64,000 nt of DNA from an uncultured Candidatus Saccharibacteria bacterium (GCA_964459335.1 CAYWJX010000001.1:33642-97641); one strand, 5' to 3'. Counted from the stretch's first letter, positions 1 to 10,621 are shown. The notes: generated by a model from the sequence alone, not told the origin. Numbers and translations: made by a program.

Positions 1-571
1 ATATCGCCCAAAAAACACAACCCTTGGCTGTCGGGGCGCGTAGCATTGGGTAATCCAAACTTTGCAGCCAATGCGCGCACTTCCGGTTTGCGCATTTCTC
101 CTATCGGGAAAAATGTGTGCTGCAACACCTCTTGTGGCACCATCCACAAAAAATAACTTTGGTCTTTTTCGGTATCGACTCCTGTATAGAGCAGTCCGTT
201 TTTTACCCGCGCGTAGTGCCCCGTTGCGACACACTCGGCGCCATGTGCGCGGGCAAAATCATAAAAAGCCCCGAATTTTATTTTTTGATTGCAAAGCGTA
301 TCCGGGTTTGGCGTCCTCCCCTTTCGCAGTTCGGAGATGGTGTGCGCAAATACTTCGTCCGCGTACTCTTTCGACAAATCAATTTCAATAAAAGGAATCT
401 TGAGGTGCGCAGCAACACGTTGAGCACTTATCTTATCCTCGCCCGCGCTACACGGATAGCCAGGTAGAGCAATGCGTATAAAAACACCGGTCACTTCATG
501 CCCCTGTTGTTGCAAAAGAGCCGCCGAAACAGCGGAGTCGACTCCTCCTGAGAGGCCTACAAATACTTTCA
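1..571 (-). CDS. mnmA: tRNA 2-thiouridine(34) synthase MnmA, C-terminally truncated by the window edge
   Basis: The reverse translation from about 571 starts MKVFVGLSGGVDSAVSAALLQQQGHEVTGVF and continues with the PP-loop SGGxDS and later MnmA motifs (CNQKIKFGAFYDFA, ATGHYAR). The plus-strand ORFs at 62..391 and 117..467 are antisense artefacts. Confidence 0.85.
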
Positions 572-590
572 TAAGATTGTTATAGCCTTT

Positions 591-676
591 TTATACAAAA
601 AGAAAAAGCCCCGGACACTGTGTTATCCAGGGCTTAAGTTGCAAAGCCCGCTTATACTGCGCGGGTTGTTATTTTT
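591..676. terminator. Intergenic hairpins with flanking T/A runs between mnmA and the downstream hypothetical gene; likely a rho-independent terminator or terminators
   Basis: On the minus strand, the hairpin aagccccgg..ccagggctt (606-636) is followed by a T-rich run (rc of aaaaagaaaaa at 591-607). A second hairpin cccgc-N9-gcggg (647-665) is followed by ttgttattttt on the plus strand. Confidence 0.45.
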
Positions 677-1209
677 CAAGCGTGGCGTAGAGTTCGACGA
701 GATTCCCGCCTTTTTTTCAAGAGGGGGAACTCTATGTCCATATTCTTAAGCCTACGACAGCTTTCGAGGTCGGACTCACGTGCTTTCTCAATTACCACGT
801 AGGCCTCTTTGTACAGATAAATACGACCTTCTCGAGTCGTCGGGTCATATTTCACTGCAACAAAGAGTTGCTGGGCGTCCGGGGTATTCGTCCCGGCCTG
901 CTCTTGGATAGCAAACCAATAGTCATGCGCGATGAAACCGAATATTAGATCGTCGCCACCGTTGTCAGTGTTGACCACGCTGACCATAATACTAATCTCT
1001 TCCGTCACCCAGTCTTCAAGGACGAAGGTGTAAAGCGCAGGAATATTATTGCGGTGCGTGTTGCGCGGCGGATAGAGCTGATAGATGAGATCTAGCTTGC
1101 CAGCCGCCTTACCTTTAACCAACGGCAGGCAGATGGCTTTTTTCGGGTCCGACAGATCTAACAACGCTCGGACGATTCGAGGATGAAAAAGTGCATATCT
1201 TGCGGTCAT
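676..1209 (-). CDS. Hypothetical protein; the probable ATG start is at MTARYALFHPRIV inside the longer 676..1293 ORF
   Basis: Long ORF with a terminator-like hairpin downstream. I recognise no family. Confidence 0.45.
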   Translation of the reverse strand: MTARYALFHPRIVRALLDLSDPKKAICLPLVKGKAAGKLDLIYQLYPPRNTHRNNIPALYTFVLEDWVTEEISIMVSVVNTDNGGDDLIFGFIAHDYWFAIQEQAGTNTPDAQQLFVAVKYDPTTREGRIYLYKEAYVVIEKARESDLESCRRLKNMDIEFPLLKKRRESRRTLRHA

Positions 1210-1339
1210 AACGACCTCCCACTTGTTGCCTTTCTGAGAGGCAGGAAAGGCGTCTGCCCTTCTCTTGACCTCACGGCCAAGCGACCAGTTCATAACGAAC
1301 TGGAATTCTGGATTGATTATACAATTTTCAAAACAAATG

Positions 1340-2389
1340 TCAATTGTTTAAATATTTTTTCTCGTTTGCCAATTGACAGGCAAAGGTTGCGCAGTAATGC
1401 ATCGTGCCATTGAGATCGGAGAGGTAATACAGATCTTTGGTTTTAGTTGGCATTACTGCGGCTAAAATCGAGTCGAGGCTCGGGTTCGATATCGGCCCCG
1501 GCGGCAACCCTGCGTATACATAGGTGTTGTAGGGCGAGTCGGTTTGCAAGTCGGCGCGGGTCAATTGGAGCGAATTGACGCCGATAATGTAGGGGAACAC
1601 CGAGTCGACCTGGAGCTTCATGCCGATTGCGATGCGATGCCACAAAATACCCGCTATCATCTCGCGGTCTTTGGTGGTGGCGCCTTCTTTTTCCAAAATA
1701 GAGGCCATAGTAAGAATCTGATTTTGTGATTTGCCAAATGTAGCTATCGCGGCGGCCGTGCTCGAGGCGGTTATATGATTTTGAAAGTTGGTAAGCAGAG
1801 CGTTTAAGACTTCGTCCGAATTTTCGCCCGGCAAAAAGAGATACGTATCCGGAAACAGCATGCCTTCGTCTGGTTTTGCCGCTTGCAAAAACGCGTTTGC
1901 ATCAAAGTCCGGGATATCTTGCGCAAGGAGCGCGGCTATTTGAGTTGAAGTTGCCCCCTCGGGGATGCGCACGCGCACCGGCGAAAGTTCCCTATCGCCG
2001 TGTACCAAACGCCACACCACAGTAAAAAGATTTTCCGAACCCGGGAAAAAGTACTCGCCCGACACAAGAGGGGCATTGTGACCATAAAAATGTAACACCA
2101 ACCTAAACAAATACGGAGAGTTTATAACATGTCGCTCTTCGAGCAATGTAGCCACCTGACTCGGCGTTGAACCGCTTGGTACGTTAAGAAGTGACGCGTT
2201 TGGAAAATTAAGAGGTGCAGCTATGGTAACAAAATAGATGAGAAAAATGAGAATGCCGCCCAAAAACGCGGCCGGTAACACGCGGTCATACATGCGCGCT
2301 TCGCGGCACCACGCGTCGCATACGTCTTTGGTGCGGATTATATGCTGACGCACACGATGATGGAAGGGGGCCGGTTTTTCTGGGTCCAT
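1340..2389 (-). CDS. mltG: Endolytic murein transglycosylase MltG (YceG-like)
   Basis: 349 aa with one N-terminal TM helix. It carries the C-terminal YceG signature NTYVYAGLPPGPISNPSLDSILAAVMP. Confidence 0.8.
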   Translation of the reverse strand: MDPEKPAPFHHRVRQHIIRTKDVCDAWCREARMYDRVLPAAFLGGILIFLIYFVTIAAPLNFPNASLLNVPSGSTPSQVATLLEERHVINSPYLFRLVLHFYGHNAPLVSGEYFFPGSENLFTVVWRLVHGDRELSPVRVRIPEGATSTQIAALLAQDIPDFDANAFLQAAKPDEGMLFPDTYLFLPGENSDEVLNALLTNFQNHITASSTAAAIATFGKSQNQILTMASILEKEGATTKDREMIAGILWHRIAIGMKLQVDSVFPYIIGVNSLQLTRADLQTDSPYNTYVYAGLPPGPISNPSLDSILAAVMPTKTKDLYYLSDLNGTMHYCATFACQLANEKKYLNN

Positions 2390-2407
2390 GAAAAAAAGAA
2401 AGGATGA

Positions 2408-3754
2408 TTATATCGGTAAATTTGCCGGAGCTTCGGCGCGACGGCTGGGCATGCGCTGTAAGGTTGGCGTATGCGCCACCTTGCCCGGCAAGTGCCACAA
2501 CGAAGCAAGCTCTTCGGTATTGAGCGCGATGTGGAAGTCTTTGTTCGGAGGATAAAAATACTGCCTTGTCACGTAACCTTGATAAAACTTTTTCTTAAGC
2601 CAGCGTCTGCGGATACCCATAAAATCATGCCATGGAACGTTAAAAGGGCCTACCCAAAAAATAGGTTTAAGACCATTAAGCCCTATACCGTTGGAACCGT
2701 GTTCAAACGAGCGGAACATGGTCGGGATAGGACTGTTGCGAATACTGCCCTTCCACACCTCTTTGCGCGCAATATAAAAAGTGCGGATGCCAACATCAAA
2801 AATGGGTTTATTGAGCTTCTCGCCTATTGCTTTAATAGCCTCTTTGTCTTCATCCGGCACACGCGAAAAGTTTGGAATAGCTTTGCCTTCGGCTGTTTTG
2901 TCGACATTATATTTTTTGCCGATTTCATCTACGACGATTCGGGCCCAATGATCGAGACGCAGGGCGTGATAATGTGCTTCTTCACTGTCTTCCGACCAAT
3001 AGCACTTGGTGTGGCCCCTAATGATGATTTGTGACCATACATGCTCGCCCGGACCGATGGAGCCCATAAACTCAATAACCGAGTTGAGCGGGTCGGTCTT
3101 AAACTCCTCTTTCATGTCGGCCTTGTCCAAGCCCCATGCCTTGTAAGTCATGATGGGGTACGGGTCGGGTTTTTGCAGTTGCTGTTCAACTCCCCACAAA
3201 TCGTACTCGCCGGAGCTCCACGGCACGGCGAGCGTGTAATCGGGCACTTCCGCCACTTGCACCGATGGGTAGTGCGCATACAGTTGCGACTTGATCCTTT
3301 CTTTGAATTTATCGCGAGTCCAAATATAAAAGCGAACTGCGCCTTCGGTCGAAACTATCTCAAGTGAGAACCACGGTTTGGTAAAGCCAAGCCATCCATG
3401 CAACGGTGTATCAACCTCGCCGGTATCGTATAGCGTACGGATAACCAGCTCGGCCGCAGCGGGGCTCTGGGTAATTTCCTCTGGAAGCTTGATTTCAAGC
3501 AATGTGTGCTTGGTGCTCCAGTATTTTTTTTGCTGCCGGTATTCAAGCCCTGCATTGTTTGCTAACAGATACAGTAACACCGGCAACACAAACGGCGCCG
3601 ATGCGAGCAAAAACCCCCATATTAAAATCCATTCATCAAAATGGAAGGGTATCCACACCACCATAAAATACAACAACACCAGCGTAACGTACGGGACGTC
3701 CAACGCATATGTCATGAGATTTTTACGGAACGTCTCCTTATAGAACTCTCCCAT
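2408..3754 (-). CDS. Hypothetical polytopic membrane protein (448 aa), function unknown
   Basis: The N-terminus has several hydrophobic helices and is followed by a large soluble domain. I recognise no motif. Confidence 0.5.
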   Translation of the reverse strand: MGEFYKETFRKNLMTYALDVPYVTLVLLYFMVVWIPFHFDEWILIWGFLLASAPFVLPVLLYLLANNAGLEYRQQKKYWSTKHTLLEIKLPEEITQSPAAAELVIRTLYDTGEVDTPLHGWLGFTKPWFSLEIVSTEGAVRFYIWTRDKFKERIKSQLYAHYPSVQVAEVPDYTLAVPWSSGEYDLWGVEQQLQKPDPYPIMTYKAWGLDKADMKEEFKTDPLNSVIEFMGSIGPGEHVWSQIIIRGHTKCYWSEDSEEAHYHALRLDHWARIVVDEIGKKYNVDKTAEGKAIPNFSRVPDEDKEAIKAIGEKLNKPIFDVGIRTFYIARKEVWKGSIRNSPIPTMFRSFEHGSNGIGLNGLKPIFWVGPFNVPWHDFMGIRRRWLKKKFYQGYVTRQYFYPPNKDFHIALNTEELASLWHLPGKVAHTPTLQRMPSRRAEAPANLPI

Positions 3755-3795
3755 GCAAATATCTTAGCACACGAAAAATCCCCTTTCGGGGGATT

Positions 3796-4839
3796 TTATT
3801 TCAATAAAGTAAACTTGCCGTCTTTGCCGCGCTTAAAGTATTTTTGATTTTGGAGGTTGACCACCACCGTGCCCGGTTTTACATGGCGCTCTTTAAGCAC
3901 CTTTTCGACAATTTGCTCGCGGGTCAAGGGGCCGGTTTCGCGCAAGATGTTGCGGATAACGTCGCGCACGACGCCCTCGGCATATCCCCACTCCTTGAGC
4001 GCGTACATGCCGCGGCCCACCAACACAAAGCGGTCGTCTTTGATAAGCTCGTTGTGCGTAGTGGCCACGTGCGCCGCGCGGTTAAACATCTTTTCGATAA
4101 GCGCGGCAACTTCTTTAAAATGGAGCGGTGAGCCGTGTTTTTTAACCGCCAAATAAGCATAGTCACGAATGCCTTTAGTCCGCACATTGCTCGAGTGCGC
4201 CTGACCCCACTCGCCGAGCGGATTTTTGCCGACTTTTTTAGAAATTTTAAGCCAGCGCTTGATGACCTCGTCGTTGCGATGCTTGTCGTTAACCTCTTGG
4301 AGCTCTTTGAGGAAGCGGTCTATCATCTCGCCCTCGGGTATCAAGTCTTCGTCGGAGAGGCCTTCGTATAGATTTTTGAGCGCGCTCTCAACTTTGGTGG
4401 CAAGCTCCAGGTCGACATACCAACAACGATTGATTTCGTCGTCCTCTTTTTTGTATTTAAACGAGTCGCCAAGCACGAGGAGGAAGTAGATGTGATTTTG
4501 CATCGACTTGTCTTTGGTGATGAAATTAAGCAAATCATCCTCGCATACGATGCCGCCCAAGCTGTCGACAATGCGCTCAAGCTCGTGGAAGGCGGCTTCG
4601 GCCTCGCCAAAAGCAGGCGATTTTTTAAGGGTGCCTAGTGCGTGATTTTCAATCTGGCGAACGCGCTCGCGTGTGATGCCGTATTTTTTGCCTATCGACT
4701 CGAGCGTGACGCGCTCGGGGAGCACGCCCAAACCAAAACGCGCCTCAAGCACCGTGCGCGAGCGCTCGGGGAGGCTCTGGAGCAATTTGCGCACTATTGC
4801 TTTGGGTTTAAAACCGGTTTTGTCGCCTGTGGGTGCCAT
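3796..4839 (-). CDS. Sigma-70 region-4-like HTH protein with a C-terminal winged-helix (HARE-HTH-like) domain
   Basis: The N-terminus SRTVLEARFGLG..LESIGKKYGITRERVRQIENHAL is a typical sigma-70 region 4 / LuxR-type HTH. The C-terminus AYLAVKKHGSPLHFKEVAALIEKMF...VGRGMYALKEWGY resembles the RNAP delta / HARE-HTH fold. Confidence 0.55.
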   Translation of the reverse strand: MAPTGDKTGFKPKAIVRKLLQSLPERSRTVLEARFGLGVLPERVTLESIGKKYGITRERVRQIENHALGTLKKSPAFGEAEAAFHELERIVDSLGGIVCEDDLLNFITKDKSMQNHIYFLLVLGDSFKYKKEDDEINRCWYVDLELATKVESALKNLYEGLSDEDLIPEGEMIDRFLKELQEVNDKHRNDEVIKRWLKISKKVGKNPLGEWGQAHSSNVRTKGIRDYAYLAVKKHGSPLHFKEVAALIEKMFNRAAHVATTHNELIKDDRFVLVGRGMYALKEWGYAEGVVRDVIRNILRETGPLTREQIVEKVLKERHVKPGTVVVNLQNQKYFKRGKDGKFTLLK

Positions 4840-4917
4840 ATCGTGTGTCTTAATATATCACACTCTACTGCGGGGGTCAAACACTGTCAACTCCGACGCT
4901 TTGGTCGGAGCCCCGAC

Positions 4918-7260
4918 CTATGCGTCGGGGATCTCTTCCATTACTACGAAGTTAATAATCCGCCCCGGGACATAAATTGTCTTAACTTCCTTGCCCTTTG
5001 CGAGCCAAGCGGCCACAGCCGGGTTGGCGCGGGCTGCCGCCAGAGCCTCCGCCTCCGGAGCATCCGTAGCGAGTTCAATTGAGCCGCGCACCTTGCCGTT
5101 TATTTGTAGGGCAATAGTAACCGTTGCCGAAACGAGTTTTGAAACATCTGCCGAAGGCCAAGCGGATATGTGGATAGACTCTGCATGCCCAAGATCCTCC
5201 CACAGCTCATCGGCAATGTGCGGCGCAAAGGGCGCGAATATTTGTAAAAACTTTTCCCACTGCATGCGACCGACCGTGCCCTCTTTTTCGAAAGCATTGA
5301 GACAAATCATCATCTGACTTATTGCCGTATTAAATTTAAACGCCTCAATATCTTCACTCACCTTTTTAACCGCCTGCTCAATAATGGAGTCGAGCGCCGG
5401 TACTTGCTCATCCACGATCTTTTCGTGCAGCCTCCACACACGCTCGACAAACCGTGCGGTGCCAACGATTGCATTAGTATTCCAGAGGGTAGTGTTTTCG
5501 AACGGACCTATAAACATCTCATATAAACGGAAGGTGTCGGCGCCATACTGAGCCACTACATCGTCAGGGTTGATGATGTTGCCGTATCGTTTGCTCATTT
5601 TGCGCCCGTCTTCGGCCAAAATAAAACCAAGGAACTCAAGCCGCTTAAATGGCTCCGGCACAGTCACCGCGCCGATGTCATACAAAAATTTGTGCCAAAA
5701 TCGCGCGTAAATAAGATGCCGGACCGCATGGTCACCGCCGACATACACATCTACCGGGTCCCAATACGCCTCACGTTCTTTGCCGACCAGTACTTCTGTA
5801 TTGCGCGGGTCCATAAATCGCAAATAGTACCAGCTTGAGCCTGCCCATTGCGGCATGGTGTTGGTCTCGCGCTTGGCAGGGCCCCCACATGTGGGGCACG
5901 TGGTATTGACCCACTCGGGAATGTTAGCCAACGGTGACTCGCCGGTGCCGCTTGGTTCGTAAGCCTCTACATCAGGCAAAAGCACAGGCAAATCTTTTTC
6001 GGGTACGGCAACGGCGCCATCTTTAGGACAGTGGATTATCGGTATAGGCTCGCCCCAATATCGCTGGCGCGAAAAGACCCAATCTTTGAGCTTGTACATG
6101 GTGGTCATCCGGCCGCCAACCTGCTCTGTTATTTTTTTGCCGTCAACAAATGGCTCATCTTTTACCGGCAAATCAAATTTTTTGGCAAACTCCGCGTCAC
6201 GCTCGTCGTGCGCGGGCACGGCCATAATAGCTCCGGTGCCGTAGCCGTCGAGCACGTAATCGGCAATAAACACCGGGATCTCTTCTTGATTGGCAGGATT
6301 GATTGCTTTGATTCCTTTAAGCTCAATGCCGGTTTTTTCCTTCCCTTCCGCATTGCGCTCGATATCGCTTTTTGCTCGGGATGCTTCGATATATCGAAGT
6401 ACCTCGTCTTTATTTTGTATCTCCGCCAAAAGTTCTCGTATCAGCATATGCTCCGGTGCAAGCACCATATAGGTTGCACCGAAGAGCGTATCCGGCCGCG
6501 TGGTAAACACTTTTATTTTTTTGTCCGAGCTTTTGATAGCAAAATCTATTTCGGCGCCTTCGCTCCTGCCAATCCAGTTGCGCTGCGCTTCTTTGATATG
6601 CTCGGGCCAGTCGAGCAAACTAAGGTCGTCGAGCATGCGGTCGGCGTAGGCGGTTATTTTAAGTACCCATTGCGGGAGTGCCTTTTTTTCCACCTTAGTG
6701 CCGCAACGCTCACACAAGTCGCCGTCCAAGTCTTCGTTGGCAAGGCCGGTCATACATGAAGGACACCAATTGATGGGCTCGTTTGACTGGTAGGCCAAGC
6801 CTTTTTTAAACAGTTGCAAAAAAATCCACTGCGTCCATTTGTAATACTCCGGGTCGGTCGTGTTAATCTCGCGGCTCCAATCGTAGTCAAAACCAATTTT
6901 AGAAAGCTGTGATTTAAAATTGGCTATATTTTTTTCGACCGCCTTGCGCGGGTGCACGTTATTTTTGAGCGCGTAATTTTCGGCGGGAAGGCCAAAGGCG
7001 TCCCACCCCATCGGATGTAAAACATTTTTGCCTTGCATGCGGCAGTGGCGCGAGTAGATGTCGGTTGCAATATATCCGCGCGGGTGCCCCACGTGGAGCC
7101 CCTCCCCCGACGGGTACGGAAACATATCGAGCACAAATGTTTTTGGCTTATCCGAGTTTTCGGCTGTTTTGTATATGCCGGATTCTTCCCACTTTTTTTG
7201 CCACTTTTTTTCGATTTTTTTATGGTCGTACGTACTCATGCGCAAAGGTTCTGTAGACAC
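4918..7260 (-). CDS. leuS: Leucine--tRNA ligase
   Basis: The ORF is 780 aa. It has the class I HIGH motif (PYPSGEGLHVGHPRGY) and a KMSKS motif (KMSKRYGN) and is LeuRS-like throughout. The true start may be the second Met (MSTYDHKKIEKKW, about 7239). Confidence 0.95.
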   Translation of the reverse strand: MSTEPLRMSTYDHKKIEKKWQKKWEESGIYKTAENSDKPKTFVLDMFPYPSGEGLHVGHPRGYIATDIYSRHCRMQGKNVLHPMGWDAFGLPAENYALKNNVHPRKAVEKNIANFKSQLSKIGFDYDWSREINTTDPEYYKWTQWIFLQLFKKGLAYQSNEPINWCPSCMTGLANEDLDGDLCERCGTKVEKKALPQWVLKITAYADRMLDDLSLLDWPEHIKEAQRNWIGRSEGAEIDFAIKSSDKKIKVFTTRPDTLFGATYMVLAPEHMLIRELLAEIQNKDEVLRYIEASRAKSDIERNAEGKEKTGIELKGIKAINPANQEEIPVFIADYVLDGYGTGAIMAVPAHDERDAEFAKKFDLPVKDEPFVDGKKITEQVGGRMTTMYKLKDWVFSRQRYWGEPIPIIHCPKDGAVAVPEKDLPVLLPDVEAYEPSGTGESPLANIPEWVNTTCPTCGGPAKRETNTMPQWAGSSWYYLRFMDPRNTEVLVGKEREAYWDPVDVYVGGDHAVRHLIYARFWHKFLYDIGAVTVPEPFKRLEFLGFILAEDGRKMSKRYGNIINPDDVVAQYGADTFRLYEMFIGPFENTTLWNTNAIVGTARFVERVWRLHEKIVDEQVPALDSIIEQAVKKVSEDIEAFKFNTAISQMMICLNAFEKEGTVGRMQWEKFLQIFAPFAPHIADELWEDLGHAESIHISAWPSADVSKLVSATVTIALQINGKVRGSIELATDAPEAEALAAARANPAVAAWLAKGKEVKTIYVPGRIINFVVMEEIPDA

Positions 7261-7276
7261 GCCGTGTCTACCAAAT

Positions 7277-8317
7277 TTATTTAACGGGAGTAGTGGCGTT
7301 TACCGGATACAGCGCCGGGTCGATAGTGCGGATAAAGCATGTTTGGCCCGTGCCATGCTGCCAATTGTTGCCCATCGAAAGAGTACCACCCACGCTGCCC
7401 GCCGGCACGGGCACACTTGCGTAGCCGCTCGTTGGCTGAGGCTCGCCGTTGCTATCGCGGCCAAACGTGGCGCATAACTCAAAAGTATGAGCACCATCGA
7501 CAACATATCGATATGATTGCCCATTTTGCGGGTCGGTGGGCACGCTGTAGTTGGAGATAGAGTCGTTGAGTTCTGCAATCCCGCCGGGTAGTTTGCCCTC
7601 GTGCTGCCAGTAATACAACACTTGCGATTGAATATTTTGAAGGTCGGCCACGCGCTCCGAGTCGAGGAGCGCAACGCGTGCTTGCATCGGCGTGCCGACG
7701 ATAAAAAATCCCGCGCCGATGGCGAGCACTACTAACAAGCCCGCACCATAGCCCACGCGATGCAAGCGCTCAGGGAACTCTCCCCAATATCCCCACAAGT
7801 CGGCAATAAAGTGCATACACACCCCCGCCGATACCAAAAACACCAGCGCCACTTTAAAGAGGAAGGGTGTTGTAAGCGTCTCACCACTGAGAAAGGTGTT
7901 AAGCAACACAATGAGGTCAATGGCCATGGTGATGCCCGCTATAAAAAGCGTAAACACCAGCGCCCATCGGCGTACCCACACCTCGCTGCGATTCCGGTCG
8001 CGCGCAATATCGCGATGTATCAAGTACATAAGCACAAAAAAGAGCGGGAACATTACAATGAGCGATGCCATGTAGTAGCTAATGCCGCTTTGATAGGGAT
8101 CGACATAATATCCTTGGAACAGATTGGGAAACGCGTAGTCGAGATATTTAAACAAGAGGCTCAAAAAAGAAAAAACACTCATGTAAAGCGACACCATCGC
8201 TCCCGCCCAGAGAAAGAAATCTTTTGGTGTTGTCCGTGGCTTGTCCATATATAAAAAATAATTAGAGAATATGTTTACAGCATAGCATATTTGAGCTTCT
8301 GTCAAAATCTGGTACAA
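7277..8317 (-). CDS. Hypothetical integral membrane protein (about 7 predicted TM helices plus a C-terminal extracytoplasmic domain)
   Basis: The hydrophobicity pattern supports several TM helices. An alternative start is MDKPRTTPKDFF near 8248. No family recognised. Confidence 0.5.
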   Translation of the reverse strand: MYQILTEAQICYAVNIFSNYFLYMDKPRTTPKDFFLWAGAMVSLYMSVFSFLSLLFKYLDYAFPNLFQGYYVDPYQSGISYYMASLIVMFPLFFVLMYLIHRDIARDRNRSEVWVRRWALVFTLFIAGITMAIDLIVLLNTFLSGETLTTPFLFKVALVFLVSAGVCMHFIADLWGYWGEFPERLHRVGYGAGLLVVLAIGAGFFIVGTPMQARVALLDSERVADLQNIQSQVLYYWQHEGKLPGGIAELNDSISNYSVPTDPQNGQSYRYVVDGAHTFELCATFGRDSNGEPQPTSGYASVPVPAGSVGGTLSMGNNWQHGTGQTCFIRTIDPALYPVNATTPVK

Positions 8318-8328
8318 AGATAGTAGAT

Positions 8329-8592
8329 TTGACCTTGAAAGGCTCTATCATGACCAAAGAACAGCTGAGGCAACTGCCACTAACTAGCCAGGAAGACATC
8401 TATAGGCAATTTTATTCGGCTTATCTCATTGCAGTCGAATCAGATCAAATGGATTTGGAAATACGTTACGTCAAATGTATTAACCAGTTTCGTGAGATAT
8501 TTAATTTCTCAACTGCGACTATAGAAAAACTGGAAGCGGCCGTACGCTACTCCCATAAATGGGCCGCAAAAATTCTTCGGGAGCACAGATAG
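8329..8592 (+). CDS. Small hypothetical protein (87 aa)
   Basis: A lone plus-strand ORF between two minus-strand genes. It is followed by a hairpin plus T-run at 8593-8620. Confidence 0.3.
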   Translation: MTLKGSIMTKEQLRQLPLTSQEDIYRQFYSAYLIAVESDQMDLEIRYVKCINQFREIFNFSTATIEKLEAAVRYSHKWAAKILREHR

Positions 8593-8620
8593 TCTGTACT
8601 ATATGTACGGACTTTTTTAT
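8593..8620 (+). terminator. Putative rho-independent terminator
   Basis: Hairpin gtctgtac-tatat-gtacggac (one G:U pair) followed by tttttt. Confidence 0.4.
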
Positions 8621-8623
8621 TTA

Positions 8624-9601
8624 CTAACTGTGTAAAAACTCTATCACATCGCCGTCTTTGACGACGTACTCCTTCCCTTCTGTTTTGAGGAGGCCAAGCT
8701 CGCGCGCTTTTGCGTACGAGCCCGCATCAAGCAACGTTTGCCAGTTGATCACCTCGGCGCGGATAAACTTATGGTAAAAGTCGGTGTGTATCGCCGCGCC
8801 CGCCTCGGGCGCGGTAGAGCCTAAGGGAACAGTCCACGCACGGCTCTCGTCGGCGCCGGTGGTAAAAAAACTCATAAGGCCGAGCAATTGGTATGCGCCA
8901 ACGATAAGCCCGCCCACACCGTCATCAAAGACGCCGTACTCTTGCCTAAAACTTGCTTTATCGTCGCCTTGCAAATCGCGTAACTCGTTTTCGATGTTGG
9001 CATCGACGACCACCCATTGTTTGTCCGCCAAAAAATCCATGAGCCTCATCCAGCGCTCGTCATGCGGTGTCTCGTCCAAATTGTGGCCGCCCGCTTCGCG
9101 GTTGAGTACGTACAGCATCGGTTTTTCGGATAATTTTTTGAGCGGCGGCAACTCCTTGCCTTTTTTTGCTTCGCGTCTTTCTTCTTGTTCCAAATCGGCG
9201 AGTTCGAGCTCGGTGTTAACAAGCCCGATGTCATGCACCGGATCAAGGTAAGGCTGCGTGCTGGCGATGTTGGGGTTTTCGAATATCCGCACCACGTGCG
9301 CAATGGCATCAACCTCGCGGATGTGGGATAAAAATTGATTGCCCAACCCCTCGCCCTCGGAGGCACCCTTAACGAGGCCGGCAATATCGACAAACTCGAT
9401 AGCCGCCGGCACCACTTTTGCCGAGCTCGAAAACGCGGCAAGCTTGTCGAGCCTCTCATCCGGCACGGCAACAACACCCACCGACGGGTCAATGGTTGCA
9501 AAAGGATAGTTGGCAATCAGTACGCTCTTTTTGGTAATAGCCTGAAAGAGCGTCGACTTGCCGACATTGGGCAACCCCACGATGCCTACCGATAATCCCA
9601 T
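8624..9601 (-). CDS. ychF: Ribosome-binding ATPase YchF (Obg-like GTPase family)
   Basis: The N-terminal G1 motif GIVGLPNVGKSTLF, DIAGLVKGAS, and the C-terminal TGS-like domain (YVVKDGDVIEF) are present. Confidence 0.85.
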   Translation of the reverse strand: MGLSVGIVGLPNVGKSTLFQAITKKSVLIANYPFATIDPSVGVVAVPDERLDKLAAFSSSAKVVPAAIEFVDIAGLVKGASEGEGLGNQFLSHIREVDAIAHVVRIFENPNIASTQPYLDPVHDIGLVNTELELADLEQEERREAKKGKELPPLKKLSEKPMLYVLNREAGGHNLDETPHDERWMRLMDFLADKQWVVVDANIENELRDLQGDDKASFRQEYGVFDDGVGGLIVGAYQLLGLMSFFTTGADESRAWTVPLGSTAPEAGAAIHTDFYHKFIRAEVINWQTLLDAGSYAKARELGLLKTEGKEYVVKDGDVIEFLHS

Positions 9602-9654
9602 AGATGCCTTGCACTATATACTTTTTTTGCCTATTCGGCCAATTGGGTGAGTTT

Positions 9655-10596
9655 TTATTTCTTTGCTTCTAACTCCGCGGGATTTTTAGGCATGACATTA
9701 AGCGCCATTGCCGAGGTTCCGCCGGGGAGCGTGGTGAGCGTCGATTTTGGCTCCGGAGATGGCACCGGCGTGGTTGGCGTTGCGGGGAGCGACACGGTAT
9801 CAGAGCCGGGGGTTGCGGGTATTGGTTGGAGTGCCGGTACCTTTGGCAAAAACGGCGTGTCGGTTACTTTGATGCCGGGCGAAGCGGGGCTGGTGGGCAC
9901 AGGCGCAGACAGATCCGGAATAATTTTTATCTCTTTGGGCGGAATAAAATCTTTGGGCAAGGAAATCGGTTCGGGCATAGGAGGTGGCGGTGGCGGAGGT
10001 GCAACTTTAACTGGTGCAGGTGTAGGAATAGGTGCAGGAGCTGCATGAGGTATTTTTGCGGGAGGAGGTGGTGTCGGTTTTTTTGTTAGTGTTGTTTTTT
10101 TGTCACGGCGCATGACTACCAGTGCCTCCCAACACAACACAAAGCCGACAAGCCACACAGCATAGAGCGTGCCGAGATTAAACCACGTAGTGACCGGTGC
10201 CAAAATGTGTACCAAAAAAAGCGCGTACCACGTGCCGCCGATAATCCCCTCGACAACACTGAGTTTGCTTACGCGGCGTAATAAGGTAAGCGCTATTGCC
10301 AACACTATGAGCACCCACTTAAAGAGGAAGGCCGAGGCAAACACGGTGGCACTCTCCCCCGCTGTGAGATGCAGCGCTGTGATGCCGAGGCCCGAGAGGA
10401 CGATGAGCCAAAGTGCAACGACCATTACGCGCTTTATTGCGCGGGCGTATTGCGTCTCCTTCTCGTCCACTATGCCGTCGCGCATTGAGATGAGGTAAGC
10501 GGCAAGCATGATGGTCTCAGCCCCAACGCCGAGTGTTACGCCGAGTTGCTGTGCACAATAAAAAATGAGATTTAAAAAATCAGCACTCAAAAACAT
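9655..10596 (-). CDS. Hypothetical membrane protein with a Pro/Thr-rich C-terminal low-complexity tail
   Basis: Four to five N-terminal TM helices, then a tail of PPPPAKIPHAAPAPIPTPAPVKVAPPPPPPP. The overlapping plus-strand Gly-rich ORFs are artefacts of this GC/Pro-rich stretch. Confidence 0.5.
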   Translation of the reverse strand: MFLSADFLNLIFYCAQQLGVTLGVGAETIMLAAYLISMRDGIVDEKETQYARAIKRVMVVALWLIVLSGLGITALHLTAGESATVFASAFLFKWVLIVLAIALTLLRRVSKLSVVEGIIGGTWYALFLVHILAPVTTWFNLGTLYAVWLVGFVLCWEALVVMRRDKKTTLTKKPTPPPPAKIPHAAPAPIPTPAPVKVAPPPPPPPMPEPISLPKDFIPPKEIKIIPDLSAPVPTSPASPGIKVTDTPFLPKVPALQPIPATPGSDTVSLPATPTTPVPSPEPKSTLTTLPGGTSAMALNVMPKNPAELEAKK

Positions 10597-10621
10597 ACCA
10601 AAATTGTATCATGAGTTTTTT

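Noticed and set aside
62-467. Plus-strand ORFs 62..391 and 117..467
   Set aside because: They are antisense to the clearly recognisable mnmA coding sequence.
9647-10089. Plus-strand Gly- or Arg-rich ORFs 9647..10048 and 9826..10089
   Set aside because: They are the antisense reading of the Pro-rich tail of the 9655..10596 membrane protein.
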